In this document: positions 22,501-46,465 of the stretch, piece after piece
Numbering within the stretch: the first letter of the stretch is position 1
Layout: each line of letters starts with the position of its first letter
From: Tubulanus polymorphus
Taxonomy: Eukaryota > Animalia > Nemertea
Assembly (NCBI RefSeq): GCF_964204645.1
Contig: NC_134025.1
Span: 496,001-560,000 of the forward strand
Reading direction: 5' to 3'
DNA: 64,000 nt
Notes under the pieces: model-generated
Told to the model about the DNA's origin: nothing
Seen by the model: only the letters and a program-made list of their open reading frames with translations
The model's database searches: none
Position numbers and translations under genes: made by a program

Positions 22501-24821
22501 TGTTATTACTAGTTACCTGTCATTAGCGTCAAATTGTTTCTCAAGGATTATCATTAAACAAAAAGCTTTGATGTCTCTGAGTATACTTTAGTCAGCAGGC
22601 TACAGAGAGATCGCTGATAATATTATACAAACTGAGGGCATCGAACTTATCAATCGCAGTCTTCTTTAGCCTGATTTATTCTCAGATCTTGAAGGTGAAA
22701 AGATAATCAATGCCTTGAAGGAACTGGATGTAAGAGTTCTTCTTTCTTTACTCTCTCCCTCCCACTTTCTCTCCTCTCGTCGCTTTCTTCTTTCACAGGA
22801 TTGGATAGGATTTAATTGAGCGCGGCATTATGACACTTAAAAGACACTTTTGTTTTTCTGGCCTTCAAAGATTTCGTTTCGATAATAATTACTTTATAAA
22901 CCGCGCAGCGTCTGTGATGCAGTTGTAAGATCTCTTCTCTCTCTAAACCTTACATAAATATAACAATACAAAAACAAAATGAGACAAAAAGCTTTTTCCT
23001 ACTTTCCAAAAAATATTTAACTGAAATCGATTACATAATAACCTGAATTAAGATATCATTTTCAAGGAGCTCAAAATCTCCTCATATTTTGGATAAAAAG
23101 TGATAAGATTAAAACCAGCTATAAACAAATTTAAAAATGAGGTTTTAAAGATGAGGTTTTTCTATTGAGAATTAAAAGGCACACAGTTTTGTACTCTTTT
23201 TGAGTAAATGAGGGTAATTTTTACAGGTCGCAACGGGTTGATTGAGTAAATTTGCTGAAATATATTTTCAATTTGTGTGTGGTTTTTTTTTCAGGTGATC
23301 GAGTCTGTGTGTCTTTACCTGAAGGTAATTTCAACGAATCGAAACTTGACGATTGTGAGAATATTGTGTTGATAGCGGCGGGAACTGGTTTCACTCCGAT
23401 GATTAGAATTATCTATAAATTACTGATAGAATCAACTCAACCTAAATTACGGTTAGTTTACATTCGCTGACGTTTTTACTTCATCCATGATGAATAAAAC
23501 TGGACTACTCGGTTCTACAGCTGTTACGTGAGTTAAAACATCTGAAATAATCTGATTTTAACTCTAAACTGTTACCGGTCTCTGAACAGTTTGACAAAGC
23601 GACAACTGTAGAATTGTGTCCTGAATTTAGAGTCATTTGTTTCCATTTAACACTTTTTCATTTCAGGAATTTGACACTAACGTTTTTCAATAAAACATCA
23701 AGTGATATACTTTGGAAAGAACAATTAGAAGAACTGGAAAAGATGCATGAAAAGTAAGAAGCAATTTCACAGAACTGTGTAAACTTTATCCAGTGTGAAA
23801 CAAAAACTGAATTTGATTTTGTTGTAGGTTTAGAGTGATAAACGTGCTATCCCGGGCGGACTCGGCGTGGACCGGTTTAACTGGTCGAATATCCAAACAA
23901 TACTTAACAGATTTATTCAATGAATCAGGATTTTCTAATAGTAACACATACGTTTGTGTTTGTGGACCTTCTCAGTTTACTGATATCACTATCAGGTAAG
24001 ACCTCCTCAGTTTACTGATATCACTATCAGGTAAGACCTCCTGAGTCAGAGTTAGCGGTAACTCTTCACTTGAAATTACTTCATTTTCAATAAGTTAACT
24101 TTGGATCCAGTTTGACACCAATCTGAAATTCAAAACTGGTTCCAGTTTTAACTGTTGAGTCAAACCTGCCTCAGTCATATATCTATGGAACCAGGGAATT
24201 TCTGAACTGCATTTTGGCCCCATTTGGACTAGTTACTTTATATCAAGGGTTAGATTGAGAATATCTTATGATTTAGGTTCACTCATTTATAGTACATGTA
24301 TATAGATATGGGTTGAATCTGTTGGTGACATTAGGATTAGGATTAGGATTAGGATTAGGGTTAGGATTAGGATTAGGATTAAGGGTGTTGCATCTTCCAC
24401 TCATTGATATAGCACTTAATCCTTAGTATATATGATATCTTTTCCTTATTGTTGATGAAACAATAGACAGGACACAAACAGATAGACAGACAGGTACAGA
24501 CAGGCAGACACCTAGACACTGACGCACACAGGTCAGATATTCCTGGAAATCAGTTGTACGGATTCCATGGGTTCTAATCCAGGCACTTGTATGCGATGTA
24601 GTTTAATGAGACAGAATTAGACTCCAGGTGGGACCAACAGGTCCAGGCGTAAACCAAGCTGGACCAGGCGGGACATGGCAGGGAGGGATGACACTCTGTC
24701 AATACTCATTGTTATCATCAGCTAAACACAACAAATTTATACTTTCAGGATTTTACAAGAATTGGGATTTGATAAGAAATCTGTGCATGCGTTCCTCTCA
24801 TCTACTGATAGTCAAGCCTAA
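16559..24821 (+). CDS. CYB5R4: Cytochrome b5 reductase 4 (cytochrome b5 + CS + b5 reductase domains)
   Basis: 15 phase-consistent exons: 16559-16625, 16755-16940, 17018-17118, 17424-17487, 17643-17684, 17782-17827, 18624-18775, 19052-19084, 19153-19272, 19468-19608, 19698-19850, 23295-23451, 23667-23753, 23828-23995, 24749-24821. Motifs [59 protein letters not shown]. The start codon choice (16559) is the least certain part. Confidence 0.93.
19925..20240 (+). repeat. 15-bp tandem repeat (cagcctgcaccctct)
   Basis: Visible tandem units in CYB5R4 intron 11. Confidence 0.9.
20339..20899 (+). repeat. 33-bp minisatellite, about 17 copies (agctgtaacagtcattgtggtgtgtctgctcag)
   Basis: Tandem units; source of the [11 protein letters not shown]-type ORFs. 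Confidence 0.95.
23966..24035 (+). repeat. 35-bp tandem duplication spanning the CYB5R4 exon 14 donor
   Basis: acctYctcagtttactgatatcactatcaggtaag at 23966-24000 and 24001-24035. Confidence 0.9.
24331..24385 (+). repeat. (TTAGGA)n telomere-like microsatellite with one TTAGGG
   Basis: Direct reading. Confidence 0.85.
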
Positions 24822-25111
24822 CTCTTCTCTAGTCACAGACCACTCCTATCAATCAATATCAACCGATATTTACATTCGGTATTGGAACATGTTTGTTAGA
24901 ATTTATTGATATTTTGTTTTTGTAAAAAAAAGAAATGGATGAATAAACTATAAGTGTTAGTAATAATTTATTAAGATATTTTGATTTGGATGCTGGAGGT
25001 AAAACAAGCAGCGACGACCCACAAAAGCCTGACGAGTTCTGGGATCGATGATATTCCGTCTTCCAAAAATGATATCAACAGAGCCCCGCAAGCTCAAATC
25101 TAACAAGCAAC

Positions 25112-25293
25112 ATAACCCTAGGTCACGCGTAACCCTAACCCTAGCTGTCCTCGAACCCGCGACCATCGGAGTATCAGCCGGGAATGCTAACCACTAGACC
25201 ATATACCAGCAGCGATAAACGTCTGTCTGGTCAGTGTGGTGACTGGTAATCGGTCGGGTATGGTGACTGGTGATCAGTGGGGTGTGGTGACTG
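25112..25293 (-). mobile_element. tRNA(Glu)-like SINE head / tRNA pseudogene followed by TTAGGG-like tract
   Basis: Minus strand: ccagtcaccacactgaccagac ... tatatggtctagtggttagcattcccggct...gcgggttcgag (A-box and B-box, resembling the 5' three-quarters of tRNA-Glu), then tagggttagggtt; no 3' acceptor stem; sibling at 45225-45392. Confidence 0.55.
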
Positions 25294-25519
25294 TATAGAT
25301 ACCTGCTCTATCATATCTCTGATAACAACAGTTATCGTTGATCTCCCAAATCCTCTCAAACAATTCAATAACATACAAATTCCATAGTTAACTTATGTAT
25401 ATAATATATTTCGTTTTTAATCATGATTTATTTGAAAATATATTTTACAATGATTTCTTTATCGTTTACGTAACACGTAAAACATCTCCCAGGAGTGAAA
25501 TTATAAACATCCGCACCTA

Positions 25520-25837
25520 GAGGTATCACACGCAAACGATTTGACCCGGGCCAAATTGGCACGGATCAGGCTCGAGCCAAATTTGGCTAACTAGCGAGCT
25601 CACACGCAAACCACTCGATACTAAACGATGCTTTTAAACGAAGTGAAGCCAGGAAACAGTTTCAATTCAAACGCAATCATTTGCACCGTGCAAAAATTTG
25701 GCTCGGGCCTGGTCCGACGTTTTTTGGTCGGGCCAAATTCGACCCGGACAAACAGGCACGGGTCCATTCGGCACTCGTGTGAACAGTTGTTCCGGGCCAA
25801 ATTTGGCACGGGCCAAAACACTCGTGTCATCGCGGCT
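25520..25837. mobile_element. Palindrome-rich MITE (cacacg...cgtgt termini; gggccaaattt internal repeats)
   Basis: Imperfect terminal inversion and internal gccaaattt/aaatttggc repeats; related fragment at about 1010-1090. Confidence 0.5.
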
Positions 25838-26050
25838 GATATCAATTACTCAGGAGATGACACGATATGAAATAAACGCGCGCTGAGATTCGATCACCAG
25901 ACGATACGGTGCAGTATCAATTTGATTGTGGCTGCAGTTGCTCAATAGTGTTAACCAATGGGGATTAATACCATTATAGCAATGCCTTTTCTAATAACTC
26001 CATACTTTTAATAAAAGCATTTGTTAAGCCGTAAGGGGTTCCTACGAGTC

Positions 26051-26287
26051 CAGGGGCAGATCTAGGATTTTCCATGGGGGTGTCCAATGAGAAAAAAGGG
26101 CACTTTTTACGAACACTGCGGATACTTTTACACCATTTTAGGGGGTGCTTTTGGTTATTTCATGTGTTGAAAAAATCATTATAGGTGGAAACCTTGGTCC
26201 AAAAAAATTTGACGTGACATTTTTGAGGGCACTTCAAGTTTGAGGGGGGTCCGGACACCCTGACACCCCCACCCTAGATCCTCCCTG
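26051..26287. mobile_element. MITE with CAGGGG..GATCTAGG TIRs and 5-bp TSD (gagtc)
   Basis: caggggcagatctagg ... cctagatcctccctg; gagtc at 26046-26050 and 26288-26292. Confidence 0.7.
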
Positions 26288-26825
26288 GAGTCGGATCCAT
26301 GCTGTGTCGTAAGTCCGACGAAACCCGTGGAAAATAAAATTACTAAAGTAATTGTGAATGTCATTTATCATTCACTTGACCAACTGGACCCAATAAACTA
26401 ACATCAATATGAACCCTCCATTGGACCCCCCCCCCCCCCCATTGAAACCGGGCCCTGTTTTCAGACCGTGACTGCTGTATTTGATCGCAACGAATATGAA
26501 AAATACAACATCACTATAAACATATACATATACAAACAATATGAATTTGGAATGTGACAAAGAATAATTAATTTCATGAATGCTAAAACCTAACAGAATA
26601 CCAATCACGACAGTATTCCGAATAGAATCAATCACGACAGTAGTCGGCCAGATTTGAAATTTAAAACCTAAGATTAAGATTTATATTGAAGCACCCAGCA
26701 AAAGTAAACAAGTATGAATTTGATTGTCTTGAAGAATCAGAGAGAATTATACAGAGATGTTTTGAGTTGAATTATAGTCCATGTGACTGTAGCAATTGAC
26801 CCAGAATCCTGAATTTAGTTACAGT

Positions 26826-26861
26826 GACGTTTCGGGTAAGATACCTCTTACACATCTTCAG
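26826..26861 (-). ncRNA. Minimal hammerhead ribozyme-like motif
   Basis: Minus strand: CTGAAGA tgt GTAAGA ggta TCTTAC cc GAAAC GTC; core boxes, 6-bp stem II and GUC triplet are present, stem I is poor. Confidence 0.5.
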
Positions 26862-26991
26862 AGATTTATCTTAAATGTTAGATTTGTATGAAGATCGATG
26901 TCGTAAGAAGCATTTTACCAGACACGTCAGTTTTAGTTATACATGTTCAATATAAAAGGTCTGTTATATATAATACGTGTTAGTTTCAGTT

Positions 26992-40312
<13,321 letters not shown>

Positions 40313-40678
40313 CGTTTAAATTTGAATTTCAAATAACAAACCGTTGCCGTCGTCGCCCGTTATTTTGAACGAATCAAACAATTTCCGATCGAATTTCGAC
40401 ATATTAACGAAATTAGTAATTAATCCAGACGGTGGTTTATGCGAGATATACCGGCGCGGAGTTTGAGTGAGTAGAGCTGCACCGACTGTCGATCGGTAGA
40501 GCTGTAATAGCGAGCGAGCGAGCGAATAGCCGCGTGTTGATGATCAACGAGATGTAAGAAACCTTCAGCGACGTCTGTAGTTCTTATTACATACATCAAT
40601 TCACTAACTGATGTTTACGGAATCTACATCGGGCAAATGATTGTTAATTTATTCATTATTCTGACGTTAAGACGAATA

Positions 40679-40854
40679 CAGTAAACCTCGCCTTATACTC
40701 GGACATGGTCGCGACTTTTGACTTATTCGGACGAAAGCGAAATCATTTTTCTGACTTCAAAACGTATTTTCTTATCCTTGACTCGAATTATGCTTCGCTT
40801 ATCTCGGATCAATTTCGCCGGTCCCAGTTTGTCCGAGCTAGACGAGGTTTACTG
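40679..40854. mobile_element. Tc1/pogo-like MITE upstream of the SLC16 gene
   Basis: TA-cagtaaacctcg ... cgaggtttactg-TA: perfect 12-bp TIR with TA duplication. Confidence 0.75.
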
Positions 40855-40891
40855 TAGTACTTTGTCGGCTAAATATGTTTTATTAGAAATC

Positions 40892-40933
40892 GTGAGCTTT
40901 CACTACTTATGTAAAGAGACTAGCTTCATCAGG
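40892..40933 (-). ncRNA. Minimal hammerhead ribozyme-like motif (CTGATGA..GAAAGCTC family)
   Basis: Minus strand: CTGATGA a GCTA gtctctttacataag TAGT GAAA GCTC. Confidence 0.4.
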
Positions 40934-42424
40934 TATATAAGCGACTCTTCTAATTGACCTCGTCAAAGTACAGTTTGTCTTTACTCTGTTCTCCTCATTA
41001 GTGTGGCGTCATGTACTCTCTGACCTGAACGCATTTCAAATTTACAACATTGAATTAAAAACAAGTAAAAATATATGAAATATTCAAATATCAAGACAAG
41101 TAAATAAACAATTTATTCAATAACAATTCATTTATTATTATAACTTTACATAACATAGCAATCATTTATGTGATAAAATTGTATCTTGATATTTTGCCGG
41201 TACCTTACGTGACATCATAGAGTGCCATTGGCCATCACGCGCATGCGTTTTACTGAAGTTGGAGGCACAATTGACGGCCAATATGACGTATATGAACAAT
41301 GAATAGAGTCTAGTCGTTATGGGGATGACTCAAGTGATCAGTTGAGTTAAAACAGTCGGAATGAACTAGTTCCAATTCAGAGAGTCAAACTGGACCGATT
41401 AGTGTGGAATTAACTCCAGGACCCAGTTGCGCAGTCATGACTTAAGTCTAAAAATGGTTTAAATCTTGAGTCTTAAATTGTTAGATTGGTTTAAGAACTA
41501 AGATAAGTGTTGAAGAAAAAACCCACAATATGCCATCAAAACTGTTTTGAAAGTGGCTCGTAAAATTGAGTCGAAAACTATCGTATTTATTCTTCATATT
41601 GCGGATTTTTCCTTTCTTCATTGTCCAATGAAGTAACTGAGATGGTCTTAAACTGGTCATAGATCTTAGCCACGACTGTAGTACCCCTGATTGAGGTTTC
41701 AATGGAATATATATATCTTAGTAAAACCATTACCGCGGAATATTGTGAGTGTGACCGAATACATGTTTCCAGTACCTGCAATAAAATCGTTTTAAATATC
41801 ACAGATTTTGACTGATTTTTTAGATAATACTTAATTTAAAATAAGGTATTTACAATTTACAACAGTATACACACACATCGATACATTTGTTCATTCAGCA
41901 ATTATTCAAATTAACAATCGTCCTGTACGCTGATTGGACAAACACTGGCATTCACGTACTCTGATTGGACGATGACTTTCCTTTGGTTTGGCGAGAAATT
42001 AATTTGAATAATACGTGCGTAATTATTTCATTTCTAAACCAAAGACAACTTTTTTCTAGAATTTCTAATCACAACTGCTTTTCAGAATTGAACTATTTTC
42101 TAAATTTTGATCAAAAGTGACCCGTTTTATTAGCATTCGCAAACAACGCCGCGTATCGGACCCCGTATCCTAGTGATATATCCTAGTGATACGGAGACAA
42201 GACTAAATTCTATTGAGGATTTACTGAATTATTCCATAAATCTAGCCCAAAGAAAAACAGACAAATCATAGTTTTAGATAGAGGAGAACAATGAATATAA
42301 AGAACACTTTAATCAGTGATCTTGGAGACGTTTTAAGCTGGTAACAAATTATATTAACATACAAAAAATCTTTTTCAGTAAAAGAAACAACAGTCAGACA
42401 ACACGCACCCACACACTGTCAGTA

Positions 42425-45400
42425 TCATGTTAAACTGTGCCAATATGCAACCGCTTTACGAGGAGAATTTCGCATTTCCATCCAATGCGCGTGACCGGAA
42501 CCGTACCCCGGTTCTCCCAGAATGCATTTTCCGATAGTCTCTTCCGGTGGACGACTGGTATCGGAAGTTTTACCGATCACTAGAATTAGCACGGCTACCT
42601 GGTCTAAAAATGCAACCGGTACATCGAAAGAAAGAGTCTCATTAAATATCGTATTTAACGCCGGCTCTAGTCGTTTTGTGCGTTTCTTTTGAAGAGTTTC
42701 TTTTCCTCTGACCATTAGAGCTTTTATATACAGTTGACACCCTGTAAATATACAGTATATTAAAATACATACATCCGATTAGTTGAATGTAGAATCTTAA
42801 AAGATCTTTCAAACTATGTATGACTATATACTCATACTTAGACGAGAAGATACACAATATCCGTGTATGATATTGACGAGAGAAATCCCACAATAACGAA
42901 GCCAAGATTGAAAAAGTCTATATCAGAATGATATCATGATAGAATGATATCAGAATGATATTCTGATATAGAATTCTTCAATCTTGGCTTCGTTATTGTG
43001 GGATTTCTCTCGTTATATTCATACTATAGTAAAATAACTTCGTCCAACAAAATAGATTTCTACATAAAACTCCTAAAGTATAAGAGATAAAAGATGCGCG
43101 TCCATCACTTAAATATATATAAAAAATCAAAGAATTTAGAAATAATCGGTGGCCTGATATATTAAATTCTATTCATATGTCTCGAGTGAGAGTCTTAACT
43201 ATTATCGTGTATGGGACGTTTTAGTTGAATCAGATGAGTCGACACAAAATTGAAATATCAATCAATATTTCAAAACCAAATATCTGATTTGAATATCTGA
43301 TAATCTGTTGATATATGATATGATATAATGTGGGCGACGAATGGATGGGTAATGTGAACTAGTGACATATGCTGCATACATTACACACATCAAATATGTT
43401 ATAATATATTGCGTCCATTTTATTAGAAATTATAGAAATCTCGACATAATCGCTGATATGCACCAGCATTTATGGAAATCATGGATTCTAAAAAGGCCCG
43501 TATCAGAAAATGAGTTTTACTAGTCATCATAACTTCATACTGATGTAAGTTCTGTGAAATGGCCCCCGGATTCAACTCAAAACTTTGGAAACTGGATCCA
43601 GAGTTAACTCACAACTGTGGAGCTGGATCCTGGACAGTATAAGGGGGCACCCTGAATACATACCTTCAATATGATCAGTTTTAACATCGCGTAATTTCAC
43701 CATTCCAATGTGCAATTTCTCAGCAGTTGGTAGATAACTTAACGACAACAACACTTCACCACGTGATGGCTACAATATGAAATATACACTGAAGGTCACT
43801 TTTTACGAAAAACAGAAAGCCTTCTATCAAAACATCATCACGATAATTAGTTGAAAATTATTTCAGAGATCTGTCTAATGCTGTATCCCTGAAGATGACG
43901 TCGAAACTTTGAATAAACTGTCATTAGCTCAGGGGAAAATATCGTCTATTCTTAGTGCGTCATCAGTGGCTATCTATCTATCGATGATGCTATTATTCCT
44001 AAGATAATCTTCAAATCGAAACGCTGAATAAATCATTAACTCAAGGAAACTTTACGTTCCTAGAATAGATGTAGACAAAGTGGTTCATAGATGGTTATTT
44101 GAAATGAACTGATAAAGAATTGATAGAATTATCAACTAACCTCATTAGGGGAATAGAAAGTTTCGGTAAATGCAACTTCTTCTGATAAATCAAGCGCCTC
44201 TAATTGCACTTCAATCTGTCCAGTCCATTCGTGTCTAGAGTACTTATCGTATTCATAACTCATTACTTTCAACACGTATTGATGTGATGCCTTTAAGTCT
44301 GGTTTATCCAGTAAAAATGTCTCGAAAAATTCCGTTTTCATAGTACGAGATTTCGTCGAAGTTTTCGCCTCGGAAATCAATTTCGTGATGGCGCTTTTTT
44401 TCGACATGTTCCTCGAATATAATGAGAATTTGAGATAAATGAAAGCCTGTCCACCGTACAGTCGAGGTTGTAGGTTATCAATATGTTTCATACGAATTAA
44501 CAGTTTATTTCCTTCCTCCAGATTTTCCTTGACGCATAAAGCGAATACAGCAGTTCCCGGAGGTTGCGCGTTACTCTCTAGTTCCTCTCCTCCTGGTAGG
44601 ATATTTTTCAGACTTTCGTACGTTTCATAAACAGAAGCGCTGATTAAATCATGTTCACTCATTCGATTCCCTCCCTGGAAATGAACGATTGAATCGTATT
44701 GAAAATCTGAAGATCAGCACGAGCCGAAAGACTATCGCAGATTGGAATGAAGCTTAACTTAAGAATGAATTTTTAACCAAAGAAATACTGTGAACGATTT
44801 GTGAATTATTGATCAGATGGACCAAATACCGCAGCGGATACCCAACAGATGGCGTCAAGAATCAAAAGTATCCCTCCTCCCCTCACACCATGCCCCCCCC
44901 CCACGCGACACCCCTGGTTACCCCTAGTTACCTGTTCAGTAATTGAAGTTGGTGATTTTTCGCCCGGTTTTAGCGGCGCCCAAAAAGTGGGTTCAATTCC
45001 GGCTAGTTTTACTTTCATCAATCTGTCTTCATCTGCAAAACAAAATCATATTGTATCATTTTAATTCTCGGGCGTAAATAAAGTTGAAACAATAAAAAAC
45101 GATATGACTGTATATGTATATATTGTTCTATCGTTCAACGGTGCCTTCTGGTGTCTTATATCTTAGTGAATGGAAACACTACTACCACACATGACTGGTC
45201 AACAGTAGTTACCCCACTCCTCACTGGTCACCAGTCACCACACCTGACTGGTTACCAGTCACCACACTGACCAGACTGACTTCCAAACACGCTTAATTAC
45301 TACCGGTCAATGGTCTAGTGGTTAGTGTGCTCAGCTGGCGTGCTGGAGGTCGAATCCGAGCTATGGTTACGGTTGACCTAGGGTTAGGGTTATTTGATGA

Positions 45401-46465
45401 TGCCTGGCGAGGTCGAGTTAAGGTTACAGATAACCTGAGGTCAGGTTTTTTTAAATCCTTTTTTGGTTTAGAATTTCCCATTTTGGTTCAGAATCTTGAT
45501 TATTTTTGAAAGAAAATGCCCGTTTTGGGAATATAACGAACTGTACTTGGACGGGCTTGCAAATCCTACCCTGGAAGTCCAGGTTTGCCATGAAAGATGC
45601 CCTGGGAGTCGAGCATGTCAAAAACGCTCGAACTAATTGATCGAATTCTTAATTAATTGCTCGTATAACGATTAGTGCGTGATAGGTAATTTTCACAGGG
45701 AGGTTAGCGGTAAGTGAACTGGAATGATTTAGTGAATATTGATAGCTGAACAGGTGCCTCGAGGCGCGACGCTGGTCGTGGTAACAGGTGTCGCTGAAAT
45801 TCTACTGATATAGAGCTTCAAACACGATAGATATAAACATCCAGGCCACTGCGCGATATTCACCGTCACAATTCATCATTTATGATTTATATCAACAGAT
45901 AATCTTTATCACTAAACATTTCAGTTAATTTCAGTTTGACGACGGAACAAGTGTCGAATTCTCATTAAACACGAATTAAACACAGTTACAGAGATTTTTA
46001 GATTTACGGTTAATCTGACAATTCGGCACCAGGAGCTGCAGTTGCTCACGACAGCCGTCAGATAGACAGATACCGCTATCATTGTCACTATAGTCAACTA
46101 TCCAAGCAAACTACTTAATGAGCAACAGGTACCAGCCTCAGTCCCACCTAGTTCCACGGAACGCATGCGCCACTGGACGGACCCACGCACCATAAGAACT
46201 GTGGCCAAAATAACTATTCCTAATTCTTTTTCATGGGTGCGTTCTCGATTTCATTTTCTTGTTGTAAATATTCTTAAACCATGATTTCTTATGAAATGAA
46301 TTGAAATTGAAAACCACGTGACTTACCTTTGTCTGGATATCGACAGGGGGAGTGCCGATTCAAGGGACAATCTGGACCCAAAAGACAAACCATCAATAAT
46401 ATCATAAACACGAAGAACGTCAGAATAATGATGACAATCAACAACTCATCCCAGGCATCAAGCAT
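42425..46465 (-). CDS. Synaptotagmin-like protein (N-terminal TM + C2A + C2B), probably Ca2+-independent
   Basis: Exons 46327-46465, 44932-45032, 44141-44674, 43664-43769, 42425-42741 are in consistent phase. TM LLIVIIILTFFVFMILLMVCLL; C2B hallmarks GEVLLSLSYLPTAEKL, KKRTK, IFNETLSFDVP, HWMEMRNSPRKAVAYWHSL. A non-coding first exon may lie near 49709-49980. Confidence 0.85.
42876..43013. repeat. Long inverted repeat (54-bp arms, 2 mismatches, 30-bp spacer)
   Basis: 42876-42929 versus the reverse complement of 42960-43013. Confidence 0.9.
45225..45392 (+). mobile_element. Second copy of the tRNA-like SINE head with TTAGGG-like tract
   Basis: ccagtcaccacactgaccagac, tggtctagtggttag, ggtcgaatcc, tgacctagggttagggtt; shared with 25112-25293. 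Confidence 0.5.

Noticed and set aside
25151-25208. Functional tRNA-Glu gene
   Set aside because: The 3' T-arm and acceptor stem are missing and the anticodon arm does not pair; treated as a SINE head or pseudogene.
44705-44745. CTGAAGA...GAAAG hammerhead-like string
   Set aside because: Stem II is only about 2 bp and no valid stem III or NUH geometry can be drawn.
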